From: Candidatus Woesearchaeota archaeon
Lineage (GTDB): Archaea; Nanobdellota; Nanobdellia; Woesearchaeales; UBA10216
Assembly (NCBI GenBank): GCA_016180085.1
Contig: JACPBX010000003.1
Coordinates: 64,001 to 128,000 of the forward strand
Reading direction: 5' to 3'
DNA: 64,000 nucleotides
Below, in pieces: positions 1 to 9,127 of this stretch; within the stretch, counting starts at the first letter, position 1, and every line of letters begins with the position of its first letter. The translations under genes and the position numbers were made by a program. The notes under the pieces were generated by a model, which saw only the letters and a program-made list of their open reading frames with translations, searched no databases and was not told the DNA's origin.

Positions 1-179
1 TGTATTATTCCCGGCGTCAGTAGCACATTCAGCACCGAAGCAACAGCGTAAACGATTCCGAATCTTCCGTAAAGCTCGGGCCCCAGGAACCTTCCCATGC
101 CAAGGTTTATCAGCGTTCCTGAGAGAAGCAGGATAACCTGCGATGAGAGAACGTATGCGGCATTCTTTGTTGTGGACAT
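1..179 (-). CDS. Polysaccharide/oligosaccharide flippase (Wzx/MATE-like), 5' part only, runs off the window
   Basis: Not in the ORF track. Manual translation from ATG at 179 gives MSTTKNAAYVLSSQVILLLSGTLINLGMGRFLGPELYGRFGIVYAVASVLNVLLTPGII, the typical flippase N-terminus (xRxLGPxxYG). Confidence 0.8.
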   Translation of the reverse strand, partial: MSTTKNAAYVLSSQVILLLSGTLINLGMGRFLGPELYGRFGIVYAVASVLNVLLTPGII

Positions 180-215
180 TTTTCCGTCTCGGCTTTTAGC
201 TTTAGCTTTCAACCT

Positions 216-2255
216 TCAGCTTTTCGTAGCATTGATGTGTCTGCTTACTTCGTCAGTTATCTGTGCAAATGTCTTATTCGTAATTTCCAGCACGTAAACC
301 GCAGTTGTCAGGTTTGGTGCGTTTACGTAGTTTTCGCCAGCCGTTACGTAGTTAAGTAGCCATCTTTGGCTTCCTAAGCTGGCTACCCAGTCGAACCTGC
401 CTGTGGTTTGGTTGTTGCTGAGGTTTCGTACATAAACTTGTTGTTCTTTGTATTTTGTTGCTGTTGGTATTGAGCTGTTGATGCCAAGCTCTATTGCTGT
501 GTCGCCTTCTGCTTCGTTAGCGTTTCCTCCGCCACCGGCAGCAAGCGTCCAGCTCAGTGTTGTAGAGTTCAGCACGAAATAAGTGTCTGGTCTGTTGACT
601 CCTGTGAAGCTGCAATTGTATCCTATTCCCGTTATTGAAGTTGCCAGCGTGTTTTTGACGGGGTTTGTTCTGTTGCCTATCGTGACGTTCTGAGTGTTTT
701 GGTGGTTGGCGTCGAACACTTGGCACGTCGGCACAGAAACGGAACTGTATCTTTGGTGGAAGTCCAAGCTGAGATTAACAAAGCCGACGCTTGCTGTACT
801 GTTCAAAACCTTACTCTCAAGAGTAACGTTATTGTATTTCATCGGGCTTGTTGTGTTGCTTACTGAAAAGTTTGTGACGTTCCATCTCGTAGCAGCACCG
901 CCTCGCTGGAACATGAAAATTGGCTTTCCGCTATCAAGATTAGACAGGTCATGAGCCACCCAGCCAGTATCTTCATTTCCGGCAGCAGTTCCATCTCCCA
1001 TTGTGCACTTCGCGTGTGTCTTGTTAAAGGTGAAAGTGAGGTTATACCACGTGCCAGTTGACCCGCTCCAAGTTGGATTTGCCTTTGCTGTGCCTGCGCC
1101 GTTGTCGTATTGGAGAAAGTAGAGGACGCCGTCGCCAGCGGCTCCTAAACACAACAAGCTGTCTCCGCTTGAACTGCTGTAAGGGTTGTTGTCTGTTGCT
1201 CCTATCGCGTCCCAGTTTATTCTTATTCCTACCCCCATCGTTACAGCCCCTTCCAGCTGCATCATGTGCGTGCTAATCATGGTTCCAACTTCGTTCTGCT
1301 GCACAGAAATGTTGTCAGCCCTGAAAGTTGAGCAGGAGAAAGTGTTTGTACCGTCGCAGGTTGCAGAGTAAGAGAAAGCGTACCCTTTATCGCCTGCTGG
1401 GGCGAATTTTATGGTAACTCCTGTTGTTCCGCTTGTTGTGGTATTCACCCACTGCGGGTTGGTAGCGTATTCCTGGTCGTCCCAGGTGTCCCAAATGGAA
1501 GCGTTCAGAGGAACAAACACTCCATTGACTACTCCGCCGGTAGTTCTTGACTGGTTTATGTCGTTTGCGTTGTTGAAGTCGTCCACTGCTGTTGTCGCGT
1601 CGATTATGGGGTCAATTTCTATCCTTGTGGTTTGTGTTGGGCTTAGCGTTGATGGATGCAGTATCGTATCGTATTTAATCATGCCGCCGTAGGTTTTGGC
1701 TTTCGGTTTAAACCTTACCTGCTCTCCTACGAAGAATTGTGCTGTGTAGTAGTAATCGCTGCCATTAACGCTTTTTGCTGCCGGGACGTTTACCCATTCC
1801 CTTACAGTTATGGCTGTTGTGCTGGTATTTACTGTTGTCTGATTGTAAAATGATGAGTTCTCAGGGTTGAAGAGCTGTTCTACAGAGATGTTGTATATTG
1901 TAACGGTTTTTTGCACAGCCCTCAGTACTTCCACTGCATTGATGTAGCCTTGGTCGTTCTTGAATCTTAGCGTGATGTTCAGTCCTTGGTCAAAAGCGGT
2001 GTAGTTTGCGTACTGATAAAGTACTGTTTCTCCTACTTTGGCTATTTCTGGTGTTATGTTAAGGCGTCCTACTCCGCCTACTTCGTGCCATATGCTGGTT
2101 CCGCTTTTGGTTCCTCCTATCTGGAGTTCTGCAGAGCTCACGCTACCGGCTTGGAGCAACAGTAGTGAAAGGGTCATTACAGCAATAATTAACAGAACTT
2201 TTAGTCCTAACAATTGCCTTACCGTATTTTCTGCCATTTCCCAAATCTTCTTCAT
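216..2255 (-). CDS. Secreted surface glycoprotein, Thr/Asn-rich beta-sandwich protein with a discrete C-terminal domain
   Basis: Hydrophobic signal peptide (LLGLKVLLIIAVMTLSLLLLQAGSVSSA), many N-x-S/T sequons, and an AAGGGG linker before a ~100-aa C-terminal domain. Start moved to ATG 2255, which has GAGGTG upstream and a TATA box at ~2281-2290. No recognisable catalytic motif. Confidence 0.75.
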   Translation of the reverse strand: MKKIWEMAENTVRQLLGLKVLLIIAVMTLSLLLLQAGSVSSAELQIGGTKSGTSIWHEVGGVGRLNITPEIAKVGETVLYQYANYTAFDQGLNITLRFKNDQGYINAVEVLRAVQKTVTIYNISVEQLFNPENSSFYNQTTVNTSTTAITVREWVNVPAAKSVNGSDYYYTAQFFVGEQVRFKPKAKTYGGMIKYDTILHPSTLSPTQTTRIEIDPIIDATTAVDDFNNANDINQSRTTGGVVNGVFVPLNASIWDTWDDQEYATNPQWVNTTTSGTTGVTIKFAPAGDKGYAFSYSATCDGTNTFSCSTFRADNISVQQNEVGTMISTHMMQLEGAVTMGVGIRINWDAIGATDNNPYSSSSGDSLLCLGAAGDGVLYFLQYDNGAGTAKANPTWSGSTGTWYNLTFTFNKTHAKCTMGDGTAAGNEDTGWVAHDLSNLDSGKPIFMFQRGGAATRWNVTNFSVSNTTSPMKYNNVTLESKVLNSTASVGFVNLSLDFHQRYSSVSVPTCQVFDANHQNTQNVTIGNRTNPVKNTLATSITGIGYNCSFTGVNRPDTYFVLNSTTLSWTLAAGGGGNANEAEGDTAIELGINSSIPTATKYKEQQVYVRNLSNNQTTGRFDWVASLGSQRWLLNYVTAGENYVNAPNLTTAVYVLEITNKTFAQITDEVSRHINATKS

Positions 2256-2280
2256 TCCAAACCACCTCATAAACGTTGAG

Positions 2281-2298
2281 TTTTTATATAATTTTTAC
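2281..2298 (-). promoter_or_regulatory. Archaeal BRE/TATA promoter for the 216-2255 gene
   Basis: Minus strand reads GTAAAAATTATATAAAAA about 26-40 nt upstream of ATG 2255. Confidence 0.55.
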
Positions 2299-4616
2299 GT
2301 GATTGTAACGTTCAAAGCCTCCAAGTCATTCCATAAGCTGTTGACAGCAGTGAAATTGGCAGCGAAAGTGCCAGTTGCTGTGTAGTTATAAGTCACAAAA
2401 ACTATGGCATTCTCCTGCGGTTGCAACGTGATTGGGCTGCTGCTGCTGACTATTCCGTTGCCGGTGTTCAGGCTCCAGCTCACATTTGTCATATCAACAG
2501 TCATGTAGTTCTTAACGTAAGCCTCAAAAGTCCTCAAAGAGCCGCTGCTGTTAAGAACGGAAAAGTTGCCCACGCCAAGATATTCGACCTCAACAGGAAT
2601 GCTGGAGGAGGCTGTAAGACCGCCGCCCTGTGCCGTAGCCGTAACCGAGTAGTCGCCTTGAGCTGAGTAGTTGTGCTGAACATACACTAACAAAGATTTG
2701 CTGGAGTTAAGGTTAGTATTTTGAACGTTGCTTACAACATTCCCATCACCAAAGTCAAGAGTCCAATTAACGCTGACGTTAGTGACATCATTGTTAGTAA
2801 TGGAAAACTCAAACACCTTTTCTGATAAGTTGGAATAAAGAATTTTTAAGCCGCTTACGGAAAGGGCGCCGGCTGAGCTGACAGACAACGTCTTAGTGGC
2901 TGTCACGCCTTCCGCAATTGCGGTAGCGTTAGCTGTAACGGTGTAGTCGCCTTCGGAACTGTAATTGTATTCGAAATGTACGCGTATTGTTTCATTTATG
3001 ACCAGACTTGCGTTCCGGGTGCTGTTTATAACGGTGCCATCCCCAAGATTGAGCCACCAAGTGACATTATTAACCACGGATGAACCATTATTCTCAATAA
3101 CAAATTCAAATACTTTGTGGGTTGCCAAGGAGTAAAGCTGAGATAAGCTGGCAATTTTGAGCGAAACTACAGGAGGCAGTGGTGGGGGTGTGTTGTCGAC
3201 AAAATTGTTCGACTCATTGCTCTCATCAACCAAATTATCTAAATCAACAATCGCTACAAATAAGGAATCATTTGTAGTGTTTGAAGCTGAAAAATTAAAG
3301 ACAGCTGATGCATTCGCTGCCAAATAAGCAAGTGCAGATGAATTTTCATAAGTCCTGTTGTCAAACACGTCCAGAACAATGTTAAAAGCTGGTGCCTCCC
3401 CCAGGTTTGTGATGTTGATTGTGATGTTTGTAAGGTTATCCCCTAAAAATGAAGCATTCAGTGAAACAGCCAAATCCGGCAATGGCGGTCTTTCAAAATC
3501 TGTGTAATAAGTAAAGTTTACCTCATGCGCGTCATACAAGATATCCTTGGTAACATTTTCAACAGACAACTTTGTGAAAGAAAGCTTGAACGCGCCATTG
3601 AAGTACGTTGAGTAGATAACTTTGCCTAGAACTTCGGTTGTCACTGTTTGCGTGCCTGTACTCAATGTGGAATTTTTTGCCACTGTAGTTACGTATTCGC
3701 CTGAGGAATCATAAAGGGCAGTCTCTAAACTGTAATTGCCTGCTTCTGTGATGTTCAATGTAAAGTTAAACTGCAGCGCCTCTGAAAGATTGTTTGAGTT
3801 ATTGTCAAAAGCTCCGCTTGCGATGCTCTTTATGTAAGAACTCTTGGCAAAATCGGCATAGTTATACGATGATGTATTGTAATTAACAGTGAGTAACTTC
3901 TCACCAATCTTTACTTCTCCTATGCTATAATTGCCAACGTAGTGAGTTGATTTAATCGTTTCATTGTCAAAATCAACATCAACTGTTTGCGATGGCGTTG
4001 TTAAAGTAACTTCCTTTGTGGAAGAAATACTCTTATTATTGTACTTCAAATAAACCGTAATGCTGGTGGTTTTATTTTCTGTGACGCTTAAGTTCAATGT
4101 AACTCTGAGAAGGCTATTGCTTACAGGAGCATCCGATATTGAAGTTACGTTGACTCCTTTCTCGTAACTCAGATAATTGTTTGTCTGGACCTTGTACTTT
4201 GTGAAAACCAGTCCATAATCTTGCCCTCGCACTTCAACTGAATAATTATATTGGTTAAGGTTCAATAGTCTGGTGTCAAAAAGCACTAGTGCACTCTGGC
4301 TGGTTGAATTAACAGTGGCATTTGTATAATTTTTCAGTAAACCTGTTTTCTCATTCAGACCCACTATGAATAGGTACGTCGAACTGTTCAAGGCATTAGT
4401 AGTCAAGTTGATTATTAGCGTATCGTTCAACCCATTACCGTTCTGGTCAGTCATATAATCGCTAAAAGTGGTTACGTTAATAACGCCCGTATCGAAATCA
4501 TAATCATAAGAATCAATAAGTTTGTCAACAGTCATATTTGCAGCTAACACGGCAGATGAGCCTGCAATTAATAAAATGAAATACACTAACAACTGCCCGA
4601 CCAGTTTGCTATTCAT
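2295..4616 (-). CDS. Secreted cell-surface protein with CARDB and three PKD-like Ig-fold domains
   Basis: Signal peptide MNSKLVGQLLVYFILLIAGSSAVLA. CARDB motif PDLAVS...TNLG...VDLDNLVDESNESNN. Three repeats of W-x-L-x-x-G-D/N-G...Y-N-Y-S/T-x-x-G-x-Y/F. Very dense N-x-S/T sequons. Start moved to ATG 4616 after GGGGGGAGA. Confidence 0.85.
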   Translation of the reverse strand: MNSKLVGQLLVYFILLIAGSSAVLAANMTVDKLIDSYDYDFDTGVINVTTFSDYMTDQNGNGLNDTLIINLTTNALNSSTYLFIVGLNEKTGLLKNYTNATVNSTSQSALVLFDTRLLNLNQYNYSVEVRGQDYGLVFTKYKVQTNNYLSYEKGVNVTSISDAPVSNSLLRVTLNLSVTENKTTSITVYLKYNNKSISSTKEVTLTTPSQTVDVDFDNETIKSTHYVGNYSIGEVKIGEKLLTVNYNTSSYNYADFAKSSYIKSIASGAFDNNSNNLSEALQFNFTLNITEAGNYSLETALYDSSGEYVTTVAKNSTLSTGTQTVTTEVLGKVIYSTYFNGAFKLSFTKLSVENVTKDILYDAHEVNFTYYTDFERPPLPDLAVSLNASFLGDNLTNITINITNLGEAPAFNIVLDVFDNRTYENSSALAYLAANASAVFNFSASNTTNDSLFVAIVDLDNLVDESNESNNFVDNTPPPLPPVVSLKIASLSQLYSLATHKVFEFVIENNGSSVVNNVTWWLNLGDGTVINSTRNASLVINETIRVHFEYNYSSEGDYTVTANATAIAEGVTATKTLSVSSAGALSVSGLKILYSNLSEKVFEFSITNNDVTNVSVNWTLDFGDGNVVSNVQNTNLNSSKSLLVYVQHNYSAQGDYSVTATAQGGGLTASSSIPVEVEYLGVGNFSVLNSSGSLRTFEAYVKNYMTVDMTNVSWSLNTGNGIVSSSSPITLQPQENAIVFVTYNYTATGTFAANFTAVNSLWNDLEALNVTIT

Positions 4617-5019
4617 TCTCCCCCCAACTAGTATAATCACCATAAGACGTATTGCTCAGCGTCTTCACAGGCTTGACCGCAACCTCAAAATTGTTATCAA
4701 ACAAAATCTTCCTGACAGCGTTGGCTAAAGAAATATTGTTGTTCCTAAGGTGAATTTTAGTTTCATTTCGGCTCATTAAATCCATCATGGAAATACCAAG
4801 AGTGTCAAAATCGTCTATGTAAACCGTGCGGGAAGCGCTATTTGTCCCCTTATCCAAAAATATGCTTCTGGCGCTGATTAAGCGCTTCACAGCAGCGATA
4901 TCGCCCTGGATTTGGTTGCCATACGCCAAAATTTCCGGCTTGTTAGGGAGATTGATATTACCTTCATAGCTTAAGTTAGAAAAAAGTGATGCATTTTTAA
5001 CAAACGCTCTTTTTCGCAT
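4609..5019 (-). pseudogene. Truncated third copy (orphan cassette remnant) of the pre-hydrolase module of the 1150-aa protein
   Basis: Residues KPEILAYGNQ...KTLSNTSYG align closely with the same segment in 5575-7092 and 7685-11128. The homology stops before the hydrolase domain and the ORF runs into the RBS of the next gene. Confidence 0.75.
4639..4941 (-). repeat. Homologous segment, copy 3 (~100 codons)
   Basis: Begins at the K codon of KPEILAYGN (4941) and ends at the G of TSYG (4639). Confidence 0.85.
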
Positions 5020-5020
5020 G

Positions 5021-5578
5021 TTACGCTCCTCCGCTTAATCCAATTATTAACATAATCAAACCAGATATGCCGAATGTGATGTAGGCCAATATGAGAAGAA
5101 TGACTAAATAAGTCAAATAAAAGACCACTGACTTTATCAGACCTATTAAGGGCTCAGATTTGATGTTTTTGTACGTATAAAAAGTTAAAAAAATAGAAGA
5201 GACTATGTGGCTTAGTGCGAGGCCACTAATCAAAATAGTATCCCGCGCAGTTGCATTCTTTGAAAACAGAAATAATGGCAAGTTGATAAGTAACAATGTG
5301 ATTGCTGATGGAATATAAACAAAGAGCGTATTTTCTTTTGGAAAGCTGTGAAAAAGTTTCATTAAAAAATGCGAAAAGATTTTATTAATGAGGTAAACCT
5401 GCCCATAAAAGATGAGTGTGAGAAGTGATAAGTATACAACTATGGTTGTCTGGATTGAGGCCGCATATAGAAATGACCAGAAAACAAAAAATGCCAATGA
5501 TAACGCAAGTAAAAAATTAACAATTATTTGGAGTAATTTACTCTTTCCTAGTTTAGTTTTTGCCATCTTTTGCCTCAT
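5021..5578 (-). CDS. Small multi-pass membrane protein (5-6 TM), putative immunity/partner protein of the upstream hydrolase cassette
   Basis: Almost entirely hydrophobic helices and very AT-rich. ATG 5578 overlaps the TGA of the upstream hydrolase ORF (ATGA); 5566 is an alternative start. The function is inferred from context only. Confidence 0.7.
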   Translation of the reverse strand: MRQKMAKTKLGKSKLLQIIVNFLLALSLAFFVFWSFLYAASIQTTIVVYLSLLTLIFYGQVYLINKIFSHFLMKLFHSFPKENTLFVYIPSAITLLLINLPLFLFSKNATARDTILISGLALSHIVSSIFLTFYTYKNIKSEPLIGLIKSVVFYLTYLVILLILAYITFGISGLIMLIIGLSGGA

Positions 5579-7002
5579 ATTAAATTGCAATCATTTTTAC
5601 TGTTTGAAACGTAGTTTCCATTACTACTCAACTCTTTATTCTTTAAAAACCCTTTAATAATGGAAAGTACAGGTTCGTACTCCGGTAGAGTATTGACTAT
5701 TTTCTTTGGGCCAATATGCATTACATTGCTGAAACTCACATAGTATTTGTTGCTTGAATTTATGTTGCCGCATGCTTCAGAAATATCCGCATTTGCCACT
5801 ATTCCATCTGTGCCTTGGCCAAGTGGATGAGGTATAACTTTCAGTACCTTATCAAGTTTACCTTGAATGAACAGGGTATTATTCAAATTAACATTTTGCC
5901 CTACCTTTGGTTCATTTGGGTCATTTATCCAACTTTGAAACTCACTGTAAATTTCAATAGACATCTTGTCTGGTAAACTGCTGGCACCTTGACCAACGAG
6001 ATACCATAAAAGTTCTTTCGGCTTCGTGTAGGGGAAGTAGGAAGGGGGAGAAGCAGTCAATTTGTCAATGTTTTTGCCTAATTCCACCACTAAATTCGCC
6101 ATAGTAACATGCTGTTTGCCTTGGTCTTTCAAATCCTGGATAATACCGAAAGAATCTTCTGATTCTTTTAGTAACCATATTAGACTAGCTAACTTTGTGA
6201 AGTTTCCCGGGCACCCAATCCCCACAAAAGTATCAACAGGATAAGGTGATAGATTAGTATAAAGGTACTGCCCCGTATTATAATCAAAGTAGTAACCGCT
6301 GTTATTCTTGCCTGTCTGGTGTGCTTCCAGGCTTTCCAGAGCAGCTGAGCAACCCAAGCTGAAGCCTACATAGTCAAGCTTGTTTTTGCCGCTGTACTTC
6401 TGAATTCCCGCTATAGAAGCAGGCCAGTAAAAGTCCTTCAAATCAGCAAAGGTGTAGTTTGGGCAGTTGCTGCCGCAGCCATTAGTGGAGGTGTCGTCGG
6501 TGTAAGGTCCGCCAACCATCTCAATAAGCCAAGCGTCAAAACCCTCGCCGGTCAATTCCCTGGCGAAGTCTTGCCATGAGAACAAGTTGCTGTGAATGCC
6601 TCTTGACAATACCACTGGCTTGTCACTGATGCCTGTCGCATTTCTATAGTCTGAAGAAAAATCAGAATTAACGTTCTTCACTCTTAGAACTGTTGAGTTA
6701 CCATATGAAGTGTTGCTGAGAGTTTTCACAGGCTTGACGGCTACCTCAAAGTTATTGTCGTATAAGATTTTCCTCACAGCGTTAGCCAAAGAAATATTGT
6801 TATTCCTCATGTGCAGCTTAGTCTCATTCCTACTCATCAAGTCCATCACGGAAATACCTAACGAGTCGTAGTCATCAATAAAAACAGTATACGATTTGCT
6901 GTTAGTGCCCTTATCCAAAAAGATATTTCGAGCACTGATTAAACGCTTAACAGCTGCAATGTCCCCTTGAATTCCATTGCCGTAAGCCAAAATCTCAGGC
7001 TT
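5575..7002 (-). repeat. Homologous segment, copy 2 (full hydrolase cassette)
   Basis: Starts at KPEILAYGN (7002) and is colinear with 7685-9127 to the stop codon. Confidence 0.9.
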
Positions 7003-7092
7003 CCTTGAGCAACTATCTGAAAAGGAAAAGTATAAACTAATAACGCTGCTTGTTTTCTTGCCTTTTCCAAATTTTCTGTGTAGTTTAGTCAT
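5575..7092 (-). CDS. Alpha/beta-hydrolase (lipase-like, GxSxG) orphan C-terminal cassette without signal peptide
   Basis: Nucleophile elbow DYVGFSLGCS, candidate acid in TDGIV and His in VMHIG. Paralogue of the C-terminal ~480 aa of 7685-11128. In-frame ATG at 7092 lies 1 nt after the upstream stop; the ORF-track start at 7128 overlaps the upstream gene. Confidence 0.8.
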   Translation of the reverse strand: MTKLHRKFGKGKKTSSVISLYFSFSDSCSRKPEILAYGNGIQGDIAAVKRLISARNIFLDKGTNSKSYTVFIDDYDSLGISVMDLMSRNETKLHMRNNNISLANAVRKILYDNNFEVAVKPVKTLSNTSYGNSTVLRVKNVNSDFSSDYRNATGISDKPVVLSRGIHSNLFSWQDFARELTGEGFDAWLIEMVGGPYTDDTSTNGCGSNCPNYTFADLKDFYWPASIAGIQKYSGKNKLDYVGFSLGCSAALESLEAHQTGKNNSGYYFDYNTGQYLYTNLSPYPVDTFVGIGCPGNFTKLASLIWLLKESEDSFGIIQDLKDQGKQHVTMANLVVELGKNIDKLTASPPSYFPYTKPKELLWYLVGQGASSLPDKMSIEIYSEFQSWINDPNEPKVGQNVNLNNTLFIQGKLDKVLKVIPHPLGQGTDGIVANADISEACGNINSSNKYYVSFSNVMHIGPKKIVNTLPEYEPVLSIIKGFLKNKELSSNGNYVSNSKNDCNLI

Positions 7093-7093
7093 T

Positions 7094-7672
7094 TTAAAAA
7101 CCATGAAGCAGTGTGCGAATAATTCCAAAACTTAATACTATAGTAAACCCCGTTATCTTACTGATGAATATCAAAGAAAACCAGAAAACTGATTGTGGTA
7201 TTAATACGGATTTTAAAAATGAATTACGGATTTTGTGCTCCTTAAAGAAAAAGTATTGAGTTAAGGTTGTAACTGATATTATCAATGAAAGAAATAACAA
7301 TATTACTACTTCATTAAATAAGATTGGATCGATGGAATATCTTTGTTCAATAAATTTAATATAAATAGCCTTTGATTTGAAAAAAAGAGCTGTTACTAAA
7401 AATGCAAAGGACAAAGAGCTAAAGGATAAAACTTTAATAAAGATGTTTTTAAATTCTAAATTCTTTCTCATTAGTGAGTTTTTAATATAACCGAGCAAGG
7501 TCAAGAATATTAGGCCGGAATAAATAAAAGATAGGATAATGAGGACTTTTAAGCTAAAACCTCCCTCAAAATTAATGCCTGTGTCTGTGCTAAATAACAT
7601 TCTGAAACTAGTTAAATAAGAAGCAAAAAAACCAATTAATAATGCATTAATAGCAACCAAGGTCTTATTCAT
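7094..7672 (-). CDS. Small multi-pass membrane protein (~5 TM), putative immunity/partner protein of the 1150-aa hydrolase
   Basis: 192 aa, about 5 hydrophobic helices, extremely AT-rich. Strong archaeal RBS GGGTGA between the upstream stop (7685) and ATG 7672. Confidence 0.75.
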   Translation of the reverse strand: MNKTLVAINALLIGFFASYLTSFRMLFSTDTGINFEGGFSLKVLIILSFIYSGLIFLTLLGYIKNSLMRKNLEFKNIFIKVLSFSSLSFAFLVTALFFKSKAIYIKFIEQRYSIDPILFNEVVILLFLSLIISVTTLTQYFFFKEHKIRNSFLKSVLIPQSVFWFSLIFISKITGFTIVLSFGIIRTLLHGF

Positions 7673-7684
7673 GCTTAATCACCC

Positions 7685-9127
7685 TCAAATCATATTACAA
7701 TTATTTTTCCCGTTAGTCCCGAATAAACCATTTTCTGAAACTGTCTGACTCTTTAAAAACGATTTGATAAGGTTTTTAACCACCCGGTCATCAGGTAAAA
7801 CTGGCGGTATAAACGTGTGATATCTGTTATCGAAACTTGCGTACCACTTATTGCTTGAGTTTATGTTACTGCACGCTTCTGCTATGTCTGCGTTCGCTAC
7901 AATGCCATCAGTGTTTTGCCCTAATGGGTGTGGTGCTTTTAAATAAAAAGGATACTGCAGCGGGATCAAAATTGTGTCAAGTTTACCTTGGATAAGCAAA
8001 GTGTTATTCAAAACAACATTGTGTCCTAACTTTGGTTTGTTCGGGTCATTTATCCAACTAAGAAATTCCTCATAAACGTGTATTGACATTTTAGGGCCTA
8101 ATGAATCAGCGCCTTGCCCTGCCAAGTAAAGCAGCAGTTCTTTAGGTTTTGTGAAAGGGAAATACGAAGGGGGAGAAGCCGTTAATTTATCAACGTTTTT
8201 GCCTAACTCAACAACTAAATTTGCCATAGTAACGTGCTTTTTGCCTTGGTCCTTTAAATCTTGAATAATGCCAAAAGAGCTTTCAGACTCCTTTAAAAGC
8301 CAAGTCAAAGAGGCCAACTTGGTAAAGTTTCCCGGGCATCCTATCCCTACGAACGTGTCCACTGGATAAGGTGACAAATTTGTAAACTTGTACTGTCCTG
8401 TGTCGTAGTCAAAGTAGTATCCTGTATTGTTTTTGCCCGTCTGGTGCGCTTCCAAGCTCTCAAGAGCTGCTGAGCAGCCCAAGCTGAAGCCTACGTAGTC
8501 AATCTTGTTTTTGCCGCTGTATTTCTGAATTCCTGCTATTGATGCAGGCCAATAAAAGTCCCTTAAGTCATTAAATGTGTAATTAGGGCAGTTGCTGCCA
8601 CAGCCATCGGCACTGGTGTCATCAGTGTAAGGACCTCCAACCATCTCAATAAGCCACGCATCAAAACCCTCACCAGTAAGCTCACGAGCGAAGTCCTGCC
8701 ATGAAAAGAGATTACTATGAATACCCCTGCTTAAGACCACTGGCTTGTCACTGATGCCGGTTGCGTTCCGGTAGTTAGCAGAGAAATCGCTGTTAACATT
8801 TTTTACCCTCAGAATCGTTGAGTTGCCGTAAGATGTGCTGCTCAAAGTTTTCACTGGCTTTACGGCTACTTCAAAATTGTTGTCAAAAAGAATCTTCCTA
8901 ACGTCATTCGCGAGCGTGATATTATTATTCCTCATGTGCAGCTTAGTCTCATTCCTCGTCATTAAGTCCATTACTGATATTCCAAGAGTGTCATAATCAT
9001 CAACGTATACTGTGAAATATTTGCTATAAGCGCCTTTATTCAAAAAGATGTTCCTGGCATTAATAAGGCGCTTAACAGCGGCAACATCGCCCTGTATTTT
9101 ATTACCGTAGGCCAAAATCTCAGGTTT
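7685..9127 (-). repeat. Homologous segment, copy 1 (C-terminal part of the full-length gene)
   Basis: From KPEILAYGN (9127) to the stop codon. Confidence 0.9.

Noticed and set aside
5019-7094. Orphan cassettes both have an ATG exactly 1 nt after the upstream stop, taken as a special signal
   Set aside because: The same stop-N-ATG spacing occurs at ordinary junctions (26771/26773, 44347/44349, 11130/11128), so it is a genome habit. It does leave cassette expression possible.
4639-9127. Triplicated segment as an assembly artefact
   Set aside because: The copies differ by many synonymous substitutions, amino-acid changes and indels, and each is followed by a different gene.
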